Of a stretch of DNA of 64,000 nucleotides, positions 10,701 to 22,630 are shown piece after piece (position 1 is the first letter of the stretch; each line of letters begins with the position of its first letter). Source of the stretch: Pseudogymnoascus verrucosus (Eukaryota); NCBI GenBank assembly GCA_001662655.1, contig KV460206.1; one strand, given 5' to 3'. Both the position numbers and the translations under genes were made by a program. The notes under the pieces were generated by a model. It was not told the origin of the DNA. It did no database searches and saw only the letters and a program-made list of their open reading frames with translations.

Positions 10701-13108
10701 TTTGGTGCGTTGTGGTTGGTTGGGGGAGGGTGAGACGACCAATCAGATACGCGGAAGAAGGTGGGTGACCCACAAATGCACGTTTGGGTGTGTCTGGCTT
10801 ATTGGTACCCTGCATTGCAGGATGCATCGACCGCCTCACCTCTACTGAAATGGGCGCGCGCGGATGTCTGAGAGGGAGGAGGGGTGTGACTGTCTGTGTC
10901 TAATCTTGATTGTTGTCGCATGGGCCGGTTGGTGGCGGGAGGGGAGGACAAGGGAGGATGGGAAAGTCGATGAGGTTGAGGGAGGGGGGCGTGATAGTGG
11001 GAGGCGAGGGGAGGGTTCGAGATTCTACTATACGGTGGTGGTGTACTCGTGGTGCAGTGCGTAACCTGGACTCGACTGCACTCGTACAGAGGGTGGCTCA
11101 GCTGCTGTGTAGTACGCTGTCTGTCTTGTCTGTCTTGTCCGCACTCTGTCCTCATCCGCCGCCGTATCCGTATCCGCCTCCTCCGTGAGTTACTCACACA
11201 GTTACTCACACAACACCAGCACCGATCACTCATCCCCCATCCACCATCGCCTCCACCGCCCCCCCGGCGACATCCGTTGCATAATCCGGTTGAGTGTGTG
11301 TGTATGGAATGGAAACTATGGAAGCCCACAGTTCAGTTCGTTCTCTGGTTATGCACATTACGTGCACACCACACGCACAGCCAGCCAGCCCCACTTTCCC
11401 ACCCCTGTCGGATCCAAGCCTTGTCGCTGGCTGGTCCGTTTCCAGGATCTAGCCTTGTCTTGCCTTGCCTCGCCCCCCGGTGCAGGTGCAGCAGCTCCTC
11501 TTGGATCCTCTGGACTGGCTGACTCCTCCTGCTCCTCCGGCTTGGCTGCTCCTGGTTTTCCTGCACGACCCATGACCAGCACCCTTGACCGACCCACACT
11601 CCGTTCACACCGATCCACCCCATCTCTACAGGAGTCCACACAGAGACCCACACACACCCGTTCCGTTCGATCCCCTTCACACTTTCAACCGTGTCCTCGC
11701 CCATCATCTACAGCCACACCCCGCCCCGCCCTACCTCATCTACTGTACCATCCAATATCATCGCCGCTCTGCATCCCCAACCAACCATCTCCGTTGAACA
11801 GCCCCCCTTTTCCCGCCTTACTGACTTAGGACTAGTTGAGCCCCCCTTTTCGATTTGTTTTTGGCCTTCCACATCATCTGCATTTAGCCTTCCCTTCCCT
11901 TCCTTCTCTTCCTTTCTCATCCACCCACCAACCACCCCTGCTGCTTCAAGCCAATTACGAGATTGCGTCACATCCAATCAGCGTCTGGTGTCTGGTGCAT
12001 GGACCCCTTCCGCCGCCCTTTTTTGCGCCTAGCAACTCACTCACTTTTTTTTTGCCTGCGACTTTGCCTGCTTCTGCTTGGTGTACGGCTGGCTGGGCTG
12101 TACGATGTCTACATGGGATAGGACAGGTTTGAACGGGCGGGGGGTACTTGCATATCCTACTGTGATTGTGACTGGGAGAAGGTATTAATCTCGCCTGCAC
12201 ACACACTCCCTCCTACCACTCCCCACCACTCAAAACAACCTCAGCTTCAGCCTTGACCAATCATCTATCGTCGCCCTTCTCCTTGAGAGACCTGGGATCA
12301 TCCATCATCATCTCCTCCTCTTACCTTTCTCTTCTTCCCTTCCCTCATCACCACAACCACACTAAACTTCATCAAATCACACTAAACAAACTCCCCTTGC
12401 TTTAGAAAGAGGGAAGGGCACAGCAACAAGTACTCCAACCAAGGATCACACCAAGAACGCCTCTTTTGCCCCCCCTCCCCCTCTATTTCCAGTCCATCAT
12501 CAACCTTCTTCCTCACTCTTCCCTCACTACCTCACTACCCTACCTCACTAAACTTCTCTCTTCCAACCAACTTGCAGCCTTCAATACTACTAAGTCACCT
12601 GACTTGCCCACTACTTTCTTACACTTTTTACACTTCTTACGCCTAACAATACTACTCGCCTCCCTCGTCTCCACCTACCATCCACTAACAACAACACCCC
12701 TACCCACCCACCCACCCTAACCCACATCCAATATCCACCGCCCACCCCCATATCTATATTCCTATCGCCCGCACCGCCTTCCACTCACTCACTCCTCCTC
12801 CTCCCAAGTCTAGTCCTTAACTCGCTTCAACTTCGTCATCCCCCTCTATCTATACTCATCATCATTCTCACCCGACCGACAACTTATATTTTAACAACAA
12901 CAACAAACTTCCACCACCCTTCTCCAAACAACTATCAACAACCACTCCTTTACTTTCTCCTTTCTTCAGACCTCTTCTGTTTAAAGGATCCAAGTTTCAT
13001 CTCTCTACCACCCCAAGGCTTCAGCCCGGATTTCCAAACAGACAACCCCTCCACCGGACAACCAGTTGATTTCCTTGGATTACCCACAGGATCTTTTTTC
13101 TTTAGGCC

Positions 13109-14980
13109 ATGCAGAATGTCGGTCCTCAATACAGGCCACGCAGGATGTCGACCCGATTCAACAATAGGTCTCAACCGACAATAGCTGCCCTCCAGGAGAA
13201 TGCGCCCCTTGGAGACTCATCTTGTTTCTCAGATTTCTTCCCGTCCCAGAAGGCCACCGACTGCTCTCCGCAGACGGTAAAGTGTCCCATCGTTCCCTTC
13301 CACGCGGCTCCCCTCCCTACTCCGCCCCAGTCGCCCTATGGATACAACGCGCCGCTCGCGCCCGTCGCGAACAACATGCGCTACTTCCAGCAACCAGTCC
13401 ACCAGCAGGCTCAGCAACACTTCCAGCACTTCCCGCCGACTCCCCCGGCCACCCCTCCCCCGGCTTCCACCTTCGACCAGGCCCAGTTCTTCGACGCAAG
13501 CCAGCGGTTGCAGTTCCTCCGCACCCTCGGATCAGGAGCCTATGGAGTTGTCCACTTGGCCAAGGATGTCCGAACAGGAATCCAGTATGCCGTAAAGGTC
13601 CTGAACAAGTTCAATGCCAATGGTCTCCCCCTGGATGCGCGACAGCAGCACTTCCAGCAGACCGAGATGCAGCTGCACTACGAGGTCTCGGCGCACCCCA
13701 ACATCGTCTCGCTCCTCAGGATCCTCGATGTGGCCGACTGCACTTATGTTGTCATGGAGTATTGCCCTGAGGGAGATCTCTTCTTGAACATTACTGAGCG
13801 CGGCCGCTATGTGGGTAATGACCTTGCGGCCAAGACCGTGTTCCTGCAGATCCTGGATGCCGTTGCCCACTGCCATCGCCTGGGAGTCTACCACCGGGAC
13901 TTGAAGCCGGAGAATATCCTCGTCTCCGACGGGGGTAGCCAGGTCAAACTGGCCGACTTTGGATTGGCCACTACGGACAGCTTCTCCTCGGATTTTGGAT
14001 GTGGATCTACATTCTACATGTCACCAGGTGGGTAGTTCAATTCTCCTCCTTTCCCCCTCCCTCCCTCCTTCCCCCGGACAGTCAACTAACCACGGTTTCC
14101 CCCGTTTGTAGAATGTCAAGATCAGTCTTCTGGGATGCCCTTCTATGCCTGCGCCCCAAATGATATCTGGAGCCTCGGAGTCATCCTGGTGAACCTGACC
14201 TGCGGCCGCAACCCCTGGAAGTCCGCCTCTACAAAGGACTCCACGTTCCGCGCCTACCTGGCAGACCGCCAGTTCCTCAAGTCCATCCTCCCGCTCTCGG
14301 ACGAGCTCAACGAAATCCTCAACATGGTCTTTGAGATCGATCCATCGCGCCGCATCTCCCTGGCCGAACTTCGCCACCGCATCGCCACCTGCGGTCCCTT
14401 CACCAAGTCAGCCGCCGCTGCCACCGCAACTACCACCACCACTTCCGTCCCGGCATCCGTCCCCACCATCCAGGTCACAGCCGACGCCTTCGTCGACTCG
14501 GACTCGGACCTAGACGTGTACAGCGCGGCCCTCTCCCCCGCCTCCACCATCTCCGAGGAAGGCTCCATGATCTCCGACGCCTCCGACACCTCCACGGCCC
14601 CCAGCGAAGCCGGCTCCTCCCAGGACCTCGACCTCCAGTTCGAGGTCATGGACGAGGATCACCACGAGGACCACCAACAAATCGCCTCATTCGACGACTA
14701 CGCGCCCGCGGCTAAGGATCCGTGGGTCGCTGAGCCCGCTTTCGTCGCACCATACGTTCCCGTGGACCCTGTTGTTCCTCCCGTGACCGCACCCAAGGAC
14801 CATGGAATCCCACCACAGGCCCAGCAGCAGAGATTCCTCTCCCCTCCCCCGCGTTCGGCTCCGCCGAGACAGCAGAGGGGCATGCACCAGTTCATTACGC
14901 GCTGTGTTACCCCTTCGCTCCTGAACTCGTTCTGTCCGCAAGGAAGCCAGCGCGGGGCCCCTGTGCGTCGCGCTTTCTAA
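13109..14980 (+). CDS. Ser/Thr protein kinase, Ran1/Pat1-Sks1/Vhs1 type
   Basis: LGSGAYGVV, YAVK, YHRDLKPEN, LADFGLAT, GCGSTFYMSPEC and NDIWSLGVILVNLTCGRNPW motifs. Intron 14028-14111 (GTGGGT...ACTAAC...TAG) joins the two ORFs in frame. The start codon is uncertain (13109, 13145 or 13376). Confidence 0.92.
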
Positions 14981-16685
14981 GTTGCAGTTGCAGTTTTCCA
15001 TGGGATTTTCCATACATAGGAAGGAACTTCAACCCAGGATTATTTTTTTCCACCTTTTCCGGATGGAACACACACTACCACTGGAGGACCACACATTTTT
15101 TTTATTCGTTCGAGAAGACATACGATAACTACTCTTTAATCATGTATATAAAAAAACACAACCCCACCGACAACGGACTCTTCTCTTTTTTTTTACTTCA
15201 ACAAAACAAATTACCGGTCCCGGCGTGGACATATCAACCTTCAAAAATTGGCGGCGGCGAGGGAATCTGTTTTTTGTTACGTTTTTTTGTATTTTGTTTG
15301 AGCAAAACCCCTGCCATGGGTTGGAGTTTGGGATATACGCTGTCAAGATTGGCATTTTATATATATTTTTTGTCTGGCATGACAAAGAAAAACCTGGCGT
15401 CTTTCTAGCTACTACCTGTTTATGGTTTTACGTTTCTTGTTATTTGGTGTAGGGGAAGGGATAATTGGGGAAAGCGATGGTTGGATGATATGAAATGATT
15501 TGGATGGAAGGTGTTTATGTTGTTTTGGTGTCGATTTGGGGCGATGGATGGGGTTTAATCGACGGCGATGGCGTGTATTTTTTGGGGATTGTTGGGAGGG
15601 ATAAAGACTTGTTTGGAGATACCCCCTGCTGCTGGTTGTTCGCAGAGAGAGAGAGAGATGGAAGAGAAGATTATATTATGTGTTGATGAGAGATGATAGA
15701 ATCTATGAGTCTCTGCAACTTATTTGTTCATACCTGTCGTGATACTGTGAATGTTGTGTCGTGCTAACTTACCTTCTCTCTCCTCTCCCTCTCACTCACC
15801 CAACTCTCCCCCGAACACCACCGAACAGACAGTTGGTATGCAAGACACGCGGGAATTCAAGAAACCACTGAACGAACCTCTCTCTCACATTACTCATGTT
15901 CACACACCCGTGTCTTACATCCTACCACCCGTTTCTCATCCCACTCGTTCTCATCCCATCATCATCATCATCATCATCAATCAATCAATCACATCTATCA
16001 TCAATCACATCTCACTTTAAACCCCGCACAAGCGGTGTGCGCAACCCGCATCAGCACCCACCACATATCCACAACAATATCCATATCGACTAGCTGCGGA
16101 TGCAGATGCGGCTGCACAACCACGTTACCTTGCCTAAAGCGGTGGTGTGCATAACATACTACACCACAATACACCATAAAGCGATGGAGTAAGTGAGGCG
16201 TCGCACCGTACGGACTCACGCAGCTTCGGCGGGGTGAATCGCTTGGATATGGGGGTTTCAAGTATAGAACCGTTGATTCGAATATCGATATCTATGCTGC
16301 CTACCTCAATGGGCGGGAGAGGGGGAGAGATATATCTGATACGACGGGTGGTTTTCGATATCGTATCCTATCATACAACAATGCGGACTTGATATCGATG
16401 CGCGCTTTATCTTACACCGCTTTTCTCCTCACATGGTGAGGATGGTGAGGATGGTAAGACGATGATGATGATGATGAGAAACGCAGCTGCGTAAGTCTTT
16501 AATCTGCTCTCACAGGCTGCCTTTCTTTCACCCCCAGTGCAAACAAACAAACCAGGTGCACTATCTATCAGCCGCAGCTGCTTGCTGCCAGCCTTCTTCT
16601 CGACCCTCGCACACATCATGCACCAGCTCACATACTCTAACACCATATTACGCCAGCCTCACGCACTCCCGTCATAGAATCCCAT

Positions 16686-17221
16686 CCCCCATCGTCGTCT
16701 TATTACGCTCACTAGGGCCCCCACCGTCCCCCGTCGTCGTCTTATTACGCTCACTAGCCCCCCGCCATCCACGGTAATGGGTAGCGGGTAGCGGGTACCG
16801 GACCTGAGAGGAATATTCCAACCAGGTCCAAGAAGCCAAAATCAGGTGAGTAACACGTGCGGATCAGACGAGAACCGGAAGCTAGAATTTAAGCTTGCTG
16901 GTGATGATGGGGATGGGGGTGGTGCCGGCGCTAGAGTGGAGTGAGTGGTTGACGATGGGATGGGTGGTGAGGCCCATAGCCGCTCTTTGGTAGGGGATCA
17001 TGCGAGAGGAAGGCGGGTAGGGCGGTTGTTTCACATCATAATTTCGGGGACGGCGCGCGGGAGCTAGAAGGATGGTTGACGATGAGATGTGTGATGAACC
17101 TGATATTGGGTATTTGATCAATGCCAGGATATGAGGTTAACGCGGCTAGGGCGGTCATGGCGGCTGTCTCGCATCATAGTTTCGGGGGACGGCGCGCGGA
17201 AGCTAGAGGGATGGTTGACGA
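16686..17221. repeat. Two local direct duplications
   Basis: CGTCGTCTTATTACGCTCACTAG at 16693 and 16735 (42-bp period). CATCATA.TTTCGGGGACGGCGCGCGG.AGCTAGA.GGATGGTTGACGA at ~17034 and ~17172. Confidence 0.75.
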
Positions 17222-17529
17222 CGTGATTGCTGCGGCTCTGGTAGAGAAGAAAATAGAGTGTGTAGCTTCCAGGCTAGATAGGAGCTAGCAAAAACTTTCT
17301 CATCTCTCTGCTTGATCACCTGGGTTAGGGGTTCGTCATGGGGATGTCGATGTCTCGTGATATCAAGCATGATTTTGCTGCTTGTAGGGGTAATTGATTT
17401 ATAATGCGGATGCGGATCAGGAGCTTATGGAGGGGGATCAGGTTTTTATTGTTGTAATGGATTTTGGGAGCAAGGCGGGGAGAAAGATTGGGAGTTGGAT
17501 TGTTGTTGGTATGAGTCAATCGATTATCA

Positions 17530-17932
17530 TCTAGCGGTCTTCACTCACGCATGGCAAGAGATCGATGGGGTGTTCGGCCAGGTACGAGAGGTATTATCAG
17601 ATCAGGTTAATCGTTTAGTAATTGACTTTTTTTTGGGAGGGGAAGGAGAAATCAGAAGTTGTATTATTGTAAAGTCAAGTAGATTCTCTTCTAGTTCTCT
17701 TCGTCCACGCATAGAAGGAGATCGTGGGATGTTCTGCCAGGCATAAAACGGTATTATCGGTTCAGGTTAATCGTTTGTAATCATTTGTAATCGATTTTTT
17801 TTGGGCAGGGAATCAAGAAATCAGAAGTAGTATTATTGTAATCAAGTTAAGTAGTTTCTCTTCTAGTTTCTCTTCGCTCACGCCTAGCAAGAGATCATGG
17901 GTTATTCCATTATGCAGCACAGGGTATTATCA
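17530..17932. repeat. ~160-172 bp degenerate tandem repeat (about 2.5 copies)
   Basis: TCTAG...CACGC...GAGATC...GGTATTATC blocks start at ~17530, ~17690 and ~17862. AGGTTAATCGTTT and GAAATCAGAAGT.GTATTATTGTAA each occur twice. Confidence 0.8.
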
Positions 17933-17974
17933 TGATACTACTTTATCATTTCTCGGTCGATCTTGCTCATCCCC

Positions 17975-18670
17975 CCCAGATCAGGTTTGTAAAAGATCAC
18001 CCGTCCGTACCTGGAAAGGGGTTCGAACACCTTATCATTGTTCATTTGCTGCTGATTATTACTATACTATCACCCGCTTATACCTGGGAAGGAGTTTGAA
18101 CACCTTATTATTATTCATTCGCTGCCGATTATTACCAAAATACTCATGGTCAAGCGTATATCGATCTGCTCATCTTCTTCACACCAGGCTGTAAAGATCA
18201 CCTGTATGTGTGCGTAAAGGGGGTTCGACACATCTTATTATTATTCATTATTACTGTTTGTGAGTCACTCTTCTCGTACTCTTTAGATCAGATTTTGTAA
18301 ATATCACCTGTATGTACGTGTAAAGGGGGTTTGATCTATCTTACTATGATGCATTTGCTGCTGATTATTACTATAATACGCATTGTCGAGTATATTCCAA
18401 TCTGTTCATCCTCTTCAGATTAGGCTGTAAATATTACCTAGATTGTACGTGCAAAAGGGGTTTGATTTGTCTTATATTATTTATTTACTACTAATTACTA
18501 CTAATTATTACTATAATACTCGTTGTCAAGTTCATATCAATCTCTCCATTCTTTTCAAGATCAGTTTGTAAAAACCACCTGCACGTACGTGTAAAGGGGT
18601 TTGGTTTATTTTGATATTAATCATTCATTACTGCTTTACTATAATGTTTATTGTCAAGCTTATATCAATG
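17975..18670. repeat. ~105-140 bp degenerate tandem array (about 6 copies), increasingly AT-rich
   Basis: Recurring AGATCAG..TGTAAA.ATCACC.G...GT..GTAAAGGGGTT.GA...CTTATTA...CATT...TTACTATAAT at ~17978, 18070 (partial), 18182, 18285, 18416 and 18558. Confidence 0.8.
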
Positions 18671-18927
18671 TAATATCCTAGTTTTCATAATACCTTTACA
18701 TGCAAATAGTATTTTACTCAACTCTTACCATAATAGTATTATTACTTTGAGGCGATGTGACTCATCTTATCACACCATCTAGGGTCCTCGGCTTAGACTG
18801 TAGATGGTATCTCTACGTCTATCATTCACATAATACTGTAATAGTATTATCCACACTCTCCTAACACCCTAACAAAATCGTAGTCAATATCAGAATTTCT
18901 ATATACAAATGATATTCTACTCTCCAT

Positions 18928-20142
18928 CTACCACCACGTCGGCGCCAACGGCGGGTTCGCGAACTTCACCGCCTGCTGCGCATACTTATCCCACCACTGC
19001 CCGGCCCCCGGCGCTCCCTCCCCATCGATCAGCGGCCCACACGCCCCATCCGACTCCCCGGCGGGCTTAACCCAAACCAACGAATCGACAATATCGGTGC
19101 CTGTATCCGTCGTCGGCCTCTCCCCATACCCCGCCTTAACATTACACCAATCGCCCCACTCCTCGCGCTGGTTCTGCAGCCCGGAGCGCCCGACATCGAT
19201 GATGAAGTGGTGCGGGACGGAGGCGTTCTGGAGGAAAGGGGCGAGGGAGAGAGCGTAGTTCTTCTCGTCGTAGGAGGGCGACCATTCGGTGTAGTTGGCG
19301 CGGGGGTTGGCGATGTAGGGGTTGAAGTTTGAGACGTCGGTGGCGAAGCCGCGGATGGTGGCGCCCTTTTTGAAGGTTTGGGCGAGCTTGAGGACTTTGG
19401 AGAACTCGGCGGCGGCTGGGAGGGTGTTAGTGGTGTTGTGGGGAATGGGGAGGGGGGGGAACTTACCTAGGGGGAGGTTGTCGGCCCATCCGAGCCAGCC
19501 TCCGTGGGCGGCATCGATGTAGAGGCTCACGTTGGGGAATTGGAGCTTCGAGATGGCGTAGGCGATGCCCTCCTCGTAGATGGGGGTGGCGGTGGCGCAG
19601 AACGGGATGCCCTGGTTGGTGATGACATTTCCCAGGGAATCTGGCTCGAGGACAATCGCGAATGTCAAGTCAGGAGCACTTGAGACCGCCTTTGCGAACT
19701 TATCAACAAATTCGGTCTTGTACCTCTGGAGACCGCCGTTGGCGGAGGAGAACTCTCCAGCCGAGTCACCGGCTGAGCAGTCACGGTCGGGCAGATCGTA
19801 GAGGACAAGCTGTACGATCTGCTGCTTGCGAGTGCGGCGGAGCTCCGCACGTGCCTCAGCGATGGCAGTGTCGATGCCGGAGAGGCCGGCAACGTTGCTC
19901 ACCCAGACGAAGGTGCCGGTGCGCTGCACGGTGGTGACGCGAGCGGCATTGAGCAAGTCGCCCTTCTTGAGGAAGGCAACCTTGGTTTGGTCGAGCTCCT
20001 TGGAGTAGTGGCTGTTTGCGTAGTAGTTCTTGCCTAAGAAGGGGTTGACATCCTTGGGAGGAGTGGTAGGAGTGGTAGGAGTGGCTACTACGGTGAAAGG
20101 AGCTGCCGCCAACAGAGAGAGGAGAGCAACGGACGGAAGCAT
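18928..20142 (-). CDS. Secreted glycoside hydrolase family 6 cellulase lacking CBM1
   Basis: Signal peptide MLPSVALLSLLAAAP; GH6 motifs LYDLPDRDC, LEPDSLGN, YIDAAHGGWLGW, WGDWCN and WVKPAGESDG. The 51-nt intron 19416-19466 (GTAAGT...CTAAC...CAG) is read through by the ORF track. Confidence 0.93.
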   Translation of the reverse strand: MLPSVALLSLLAAAPFTVVATPTTPTTPPKDVNPFLGKNYYANSHYSKELDQTKVAFLKKGDLLNAARVTTVQRTGTFVWVSNVAGLSGIDTAIAEARAELRRTRKQQIVQLVLYDLPDRDCSAGDSAGEFSSANGGLQRYKTEFVDKFAKAVSSAPDLTFAIVLEPDSLGNVITNQGIPFCATATPIYEEGIAYAISKLQFPNVSLYIDAAHGGWLGWADNLPLGKFPPLPIPHNTTNTLPAAAEFSKVLKLAQTFKKGATIRGFATDVSNFNPYIANPRANYTEWSPSYDEKNYALSLAPFLQNASVPHHFIIDVGRSGLQNQREEWGDWCNVKAGYGERPTTDTGTDIVDSLVWVKPAGESDGACGPLIDGEGAPGAGQWWDKYAQQAVKFANPPLAPTWW

Positions 20143-21306
20143 CTTGAGCGATGGAAAGTATTCCCACGTATGAATCTCAAAGGACAGTAAGAAGCCGATG
20201 GATTGAGAATGGATCTACATTGTGGAAACTAGCCCCCTTATAAAGAAATCCCGATATGGGGATTGTTATGTGGTATCATATGCAGCGGCGATATGTCGCC
20301 GTGAAGCCGGGCCAAAAAGAGGAGAACCAACAGCGGCCAAGAAGGCGCAATCACGCAGACGAAAGGATAAACACGGTAGCTTACCTAGCTCAGGAACCCG
20401 GACTTACCATATCTCTAAAGTTGTCGCGGAGAGAGACCTAATCGGAGATTAACCCTACCCCATGTTGATTGAGGTTATATTACAAGCCCTCGGTAAACGG
20501 AGCACCGTGCCGAGTGTGACGTTTGAAGCCGCCGATCTCTCCATAGCGCCGGGTAAACAGTCGGGCCAGGCCACGTGCAGCTTTGACCAAGCCTTGAATG
20601 TTATCTACTTTGTTTCTAGAAGCGGAGGGCCGCCTTCTGTGCAGTAAGCAATCTATTTCCCATATTAACTGCAGATATAGCCAATCACGAACAAGAGGCT
20701 TTTCTATGAAACGGTGGGCGTCCATACCATGAGCATTAGGAATTGTATAATTAATACTTCATTCAGTAAGGCAATTATCGTCTATCTGTCATGTCATACG
20801 TATTTTACCTCACGGTACTCTGTACCGGTTTGGTGGCTGACCAGCGCCTCCCCAAGCTTAATATTTCGTCTTGGTAGCGAGACTTCCAGCTTAGTGTCTG
20901 TTCTGTAACCCCATAGAACGATTTGGGATCCTGCAGTAGTAGCCATGGCTATTCCAACCCTGGCACGCAATGTGGTGACACATTGAGCAAACAGCTGATC
21001 GTGGCTTGTTCGCAATGCCGGAAGGACCGGGGAGCTTCCGTCGGAGGGGAGTACTCTATCTGGTGTTCGCCAAGATCCATGCCAAGGACATGGCATCATG
21101 GCATCATGGCATCATGGAATCCTTCCTCCAGGGCCTGTTGAGTGGTAATCTCTTGATATAATATACGGTGCATTACCTGTATCACACGGCTGAATCGTTA
21201 TATAGTTAGCAATTTAGCAACTGTTCGAGAGCAATCCAACGTACATGGAAGAGCCACCGCAAAGAGGGTCAAGGGATATGGTGCCAATAGTCCATGCATA
21301 TCAATA

Positions 21307-22332
21307 TCACCGCGTCTTTGGTTTCCGAATTACGACTTCCCCGCCTTTCAGCTCCCATCCCACTCTGTTTTCTTTGACAAGCGCATCCCACGTTGATCCT
21401 GTCACCTGCTCGAGGAACTTCAGCGACACTGTAAAATAGCTCCTCCCAAGGCACTTCAAGGCGTGTAACCTAATACCCTCTTCGGCATATTCCATCAACT
21501 TGGCTTTGTGGCCGTCGACGCTCCTCTTGACTTGCCAGAAGACGTAGTAATTGTCGTGCGCCAGCGCATCCAGGACGGCCAATATCTTTGTATCCTTTAC
21601 GCCATATCGAATGCGCACCACATGCGCCTGAGCCAAGTCCTGCTGCCGACATGCAAGGTCGAGGACAAGGTAGCCAGCGAACTCTTGTAAATCGAGGCGC
21701 GACAGGGGTCGTACTGTATGCATCCTGTGGAGGAGATGAAGAAGGGCCGGATGATAGGACTCCATGTGCTTGATCAAAATAGACAGACGAATGCAGAATA
21801 TGTAAGCCTGCGTTGAGAACTCATCAATGCGTTTAGAGGCCACGATTCCCTCGCGAAGTTTGCGCATCGACATTGTCAATACGGACAAGTCTTTGGAGGA
21901 ATCAAATTCAACAGGTTTCTTGGGTATGGAAGGAAGCTGTGGTAGAGCATTGGTTGTCTTAGTATCGGGTGTGGCGTAGATGGACGATGCAAGCCCTTTG
22001 AGAGGTTTGGCGGGTGGCGGCAGCCTGCCCCCACCAGATTGAACTGACAGCTGCGACATGCGACGGAGGAGTTCATCGCTTCGCCCCGCATCCGAACAAA
22101 AGCTCATATAACGATCCACAATCTTGGTATAATAATTCTCTTGAGTCTTAAAGTTGAGCAGCCTGGTCAAGGAATCAGATGCGACCTCATATGTAAAGCC
22201 AACCAATCTGTCTCACCTGTTGTCGCCTTTTGAAGGCAGGCCAACTGCTTCTAGGGGATCGAGGGTGACTGGCTTGAGCCTACCCCATCCCCCAGAGTAC
22301 GCACGAGCTCCAGAATCTCCGCGGCCGGACAT
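21307..22332 (-). CDS. PCI-domain protein of the SAC3/GANP/THP3 (CSN8-PSMD8-eIF3K-like) type
   Basis: ATG at 22332 (MSGRGDSG...WGRLKP...DPLEAVGLPSKGD) and intron 22163-22216. MRKLREGIVAS, ESYHPALLHLL and a C-terminal winged-helix-like LGRSYFTV...GWEL segment support the call. Confidence 0.7.
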
Positions 22333-22630
22333 TAGTTAAAATGCCTATTGTCGCCGGATATTGAAACAGGTGCTGGCGGGGTAAACAAAACGGAATGTCG
22401 TCAAGAGAAGGCTGAGGGAGCCTTCCCTTGGCAATGACGCTTATTGGCTAAACAGTTTTATCATAGACTGTCACAGGCCAGCCTCGGTCCCACCAATTCG
22501 TAGCCTCACCAAAATCCGTAGCCTCATCAGCTCCTCAACGTTTTCTCAGACTTCAAATACTTGTAATTGTGCAAGAAATGAGGGAAAATTACTATCTAAG
22601 TTCATAGAATTATCGCAGGAAAATTTGACC

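Noticed and set aside
8999..12720. Numerous 60-214 aa ORFs upstream of the kinase
   Set aside because: No recognisable domains; they overlap in all frames, derive from microsatellites and mostly have non-ATG starts, as expected for GC-rich non-coding DNA.
17594..17602. TTATCAGAT as an SreA site
   Set aside because: It is a single match inside a degenerate repeat, is not kept in the other copies and is not in a promoter.
17530..18670. CRISPR-like repeat-spacer array
   Set aside because: Whole units are homologous and degenerate, with no identical repeats or unique spacers. The context is eukaryotic and there are no cas genes.
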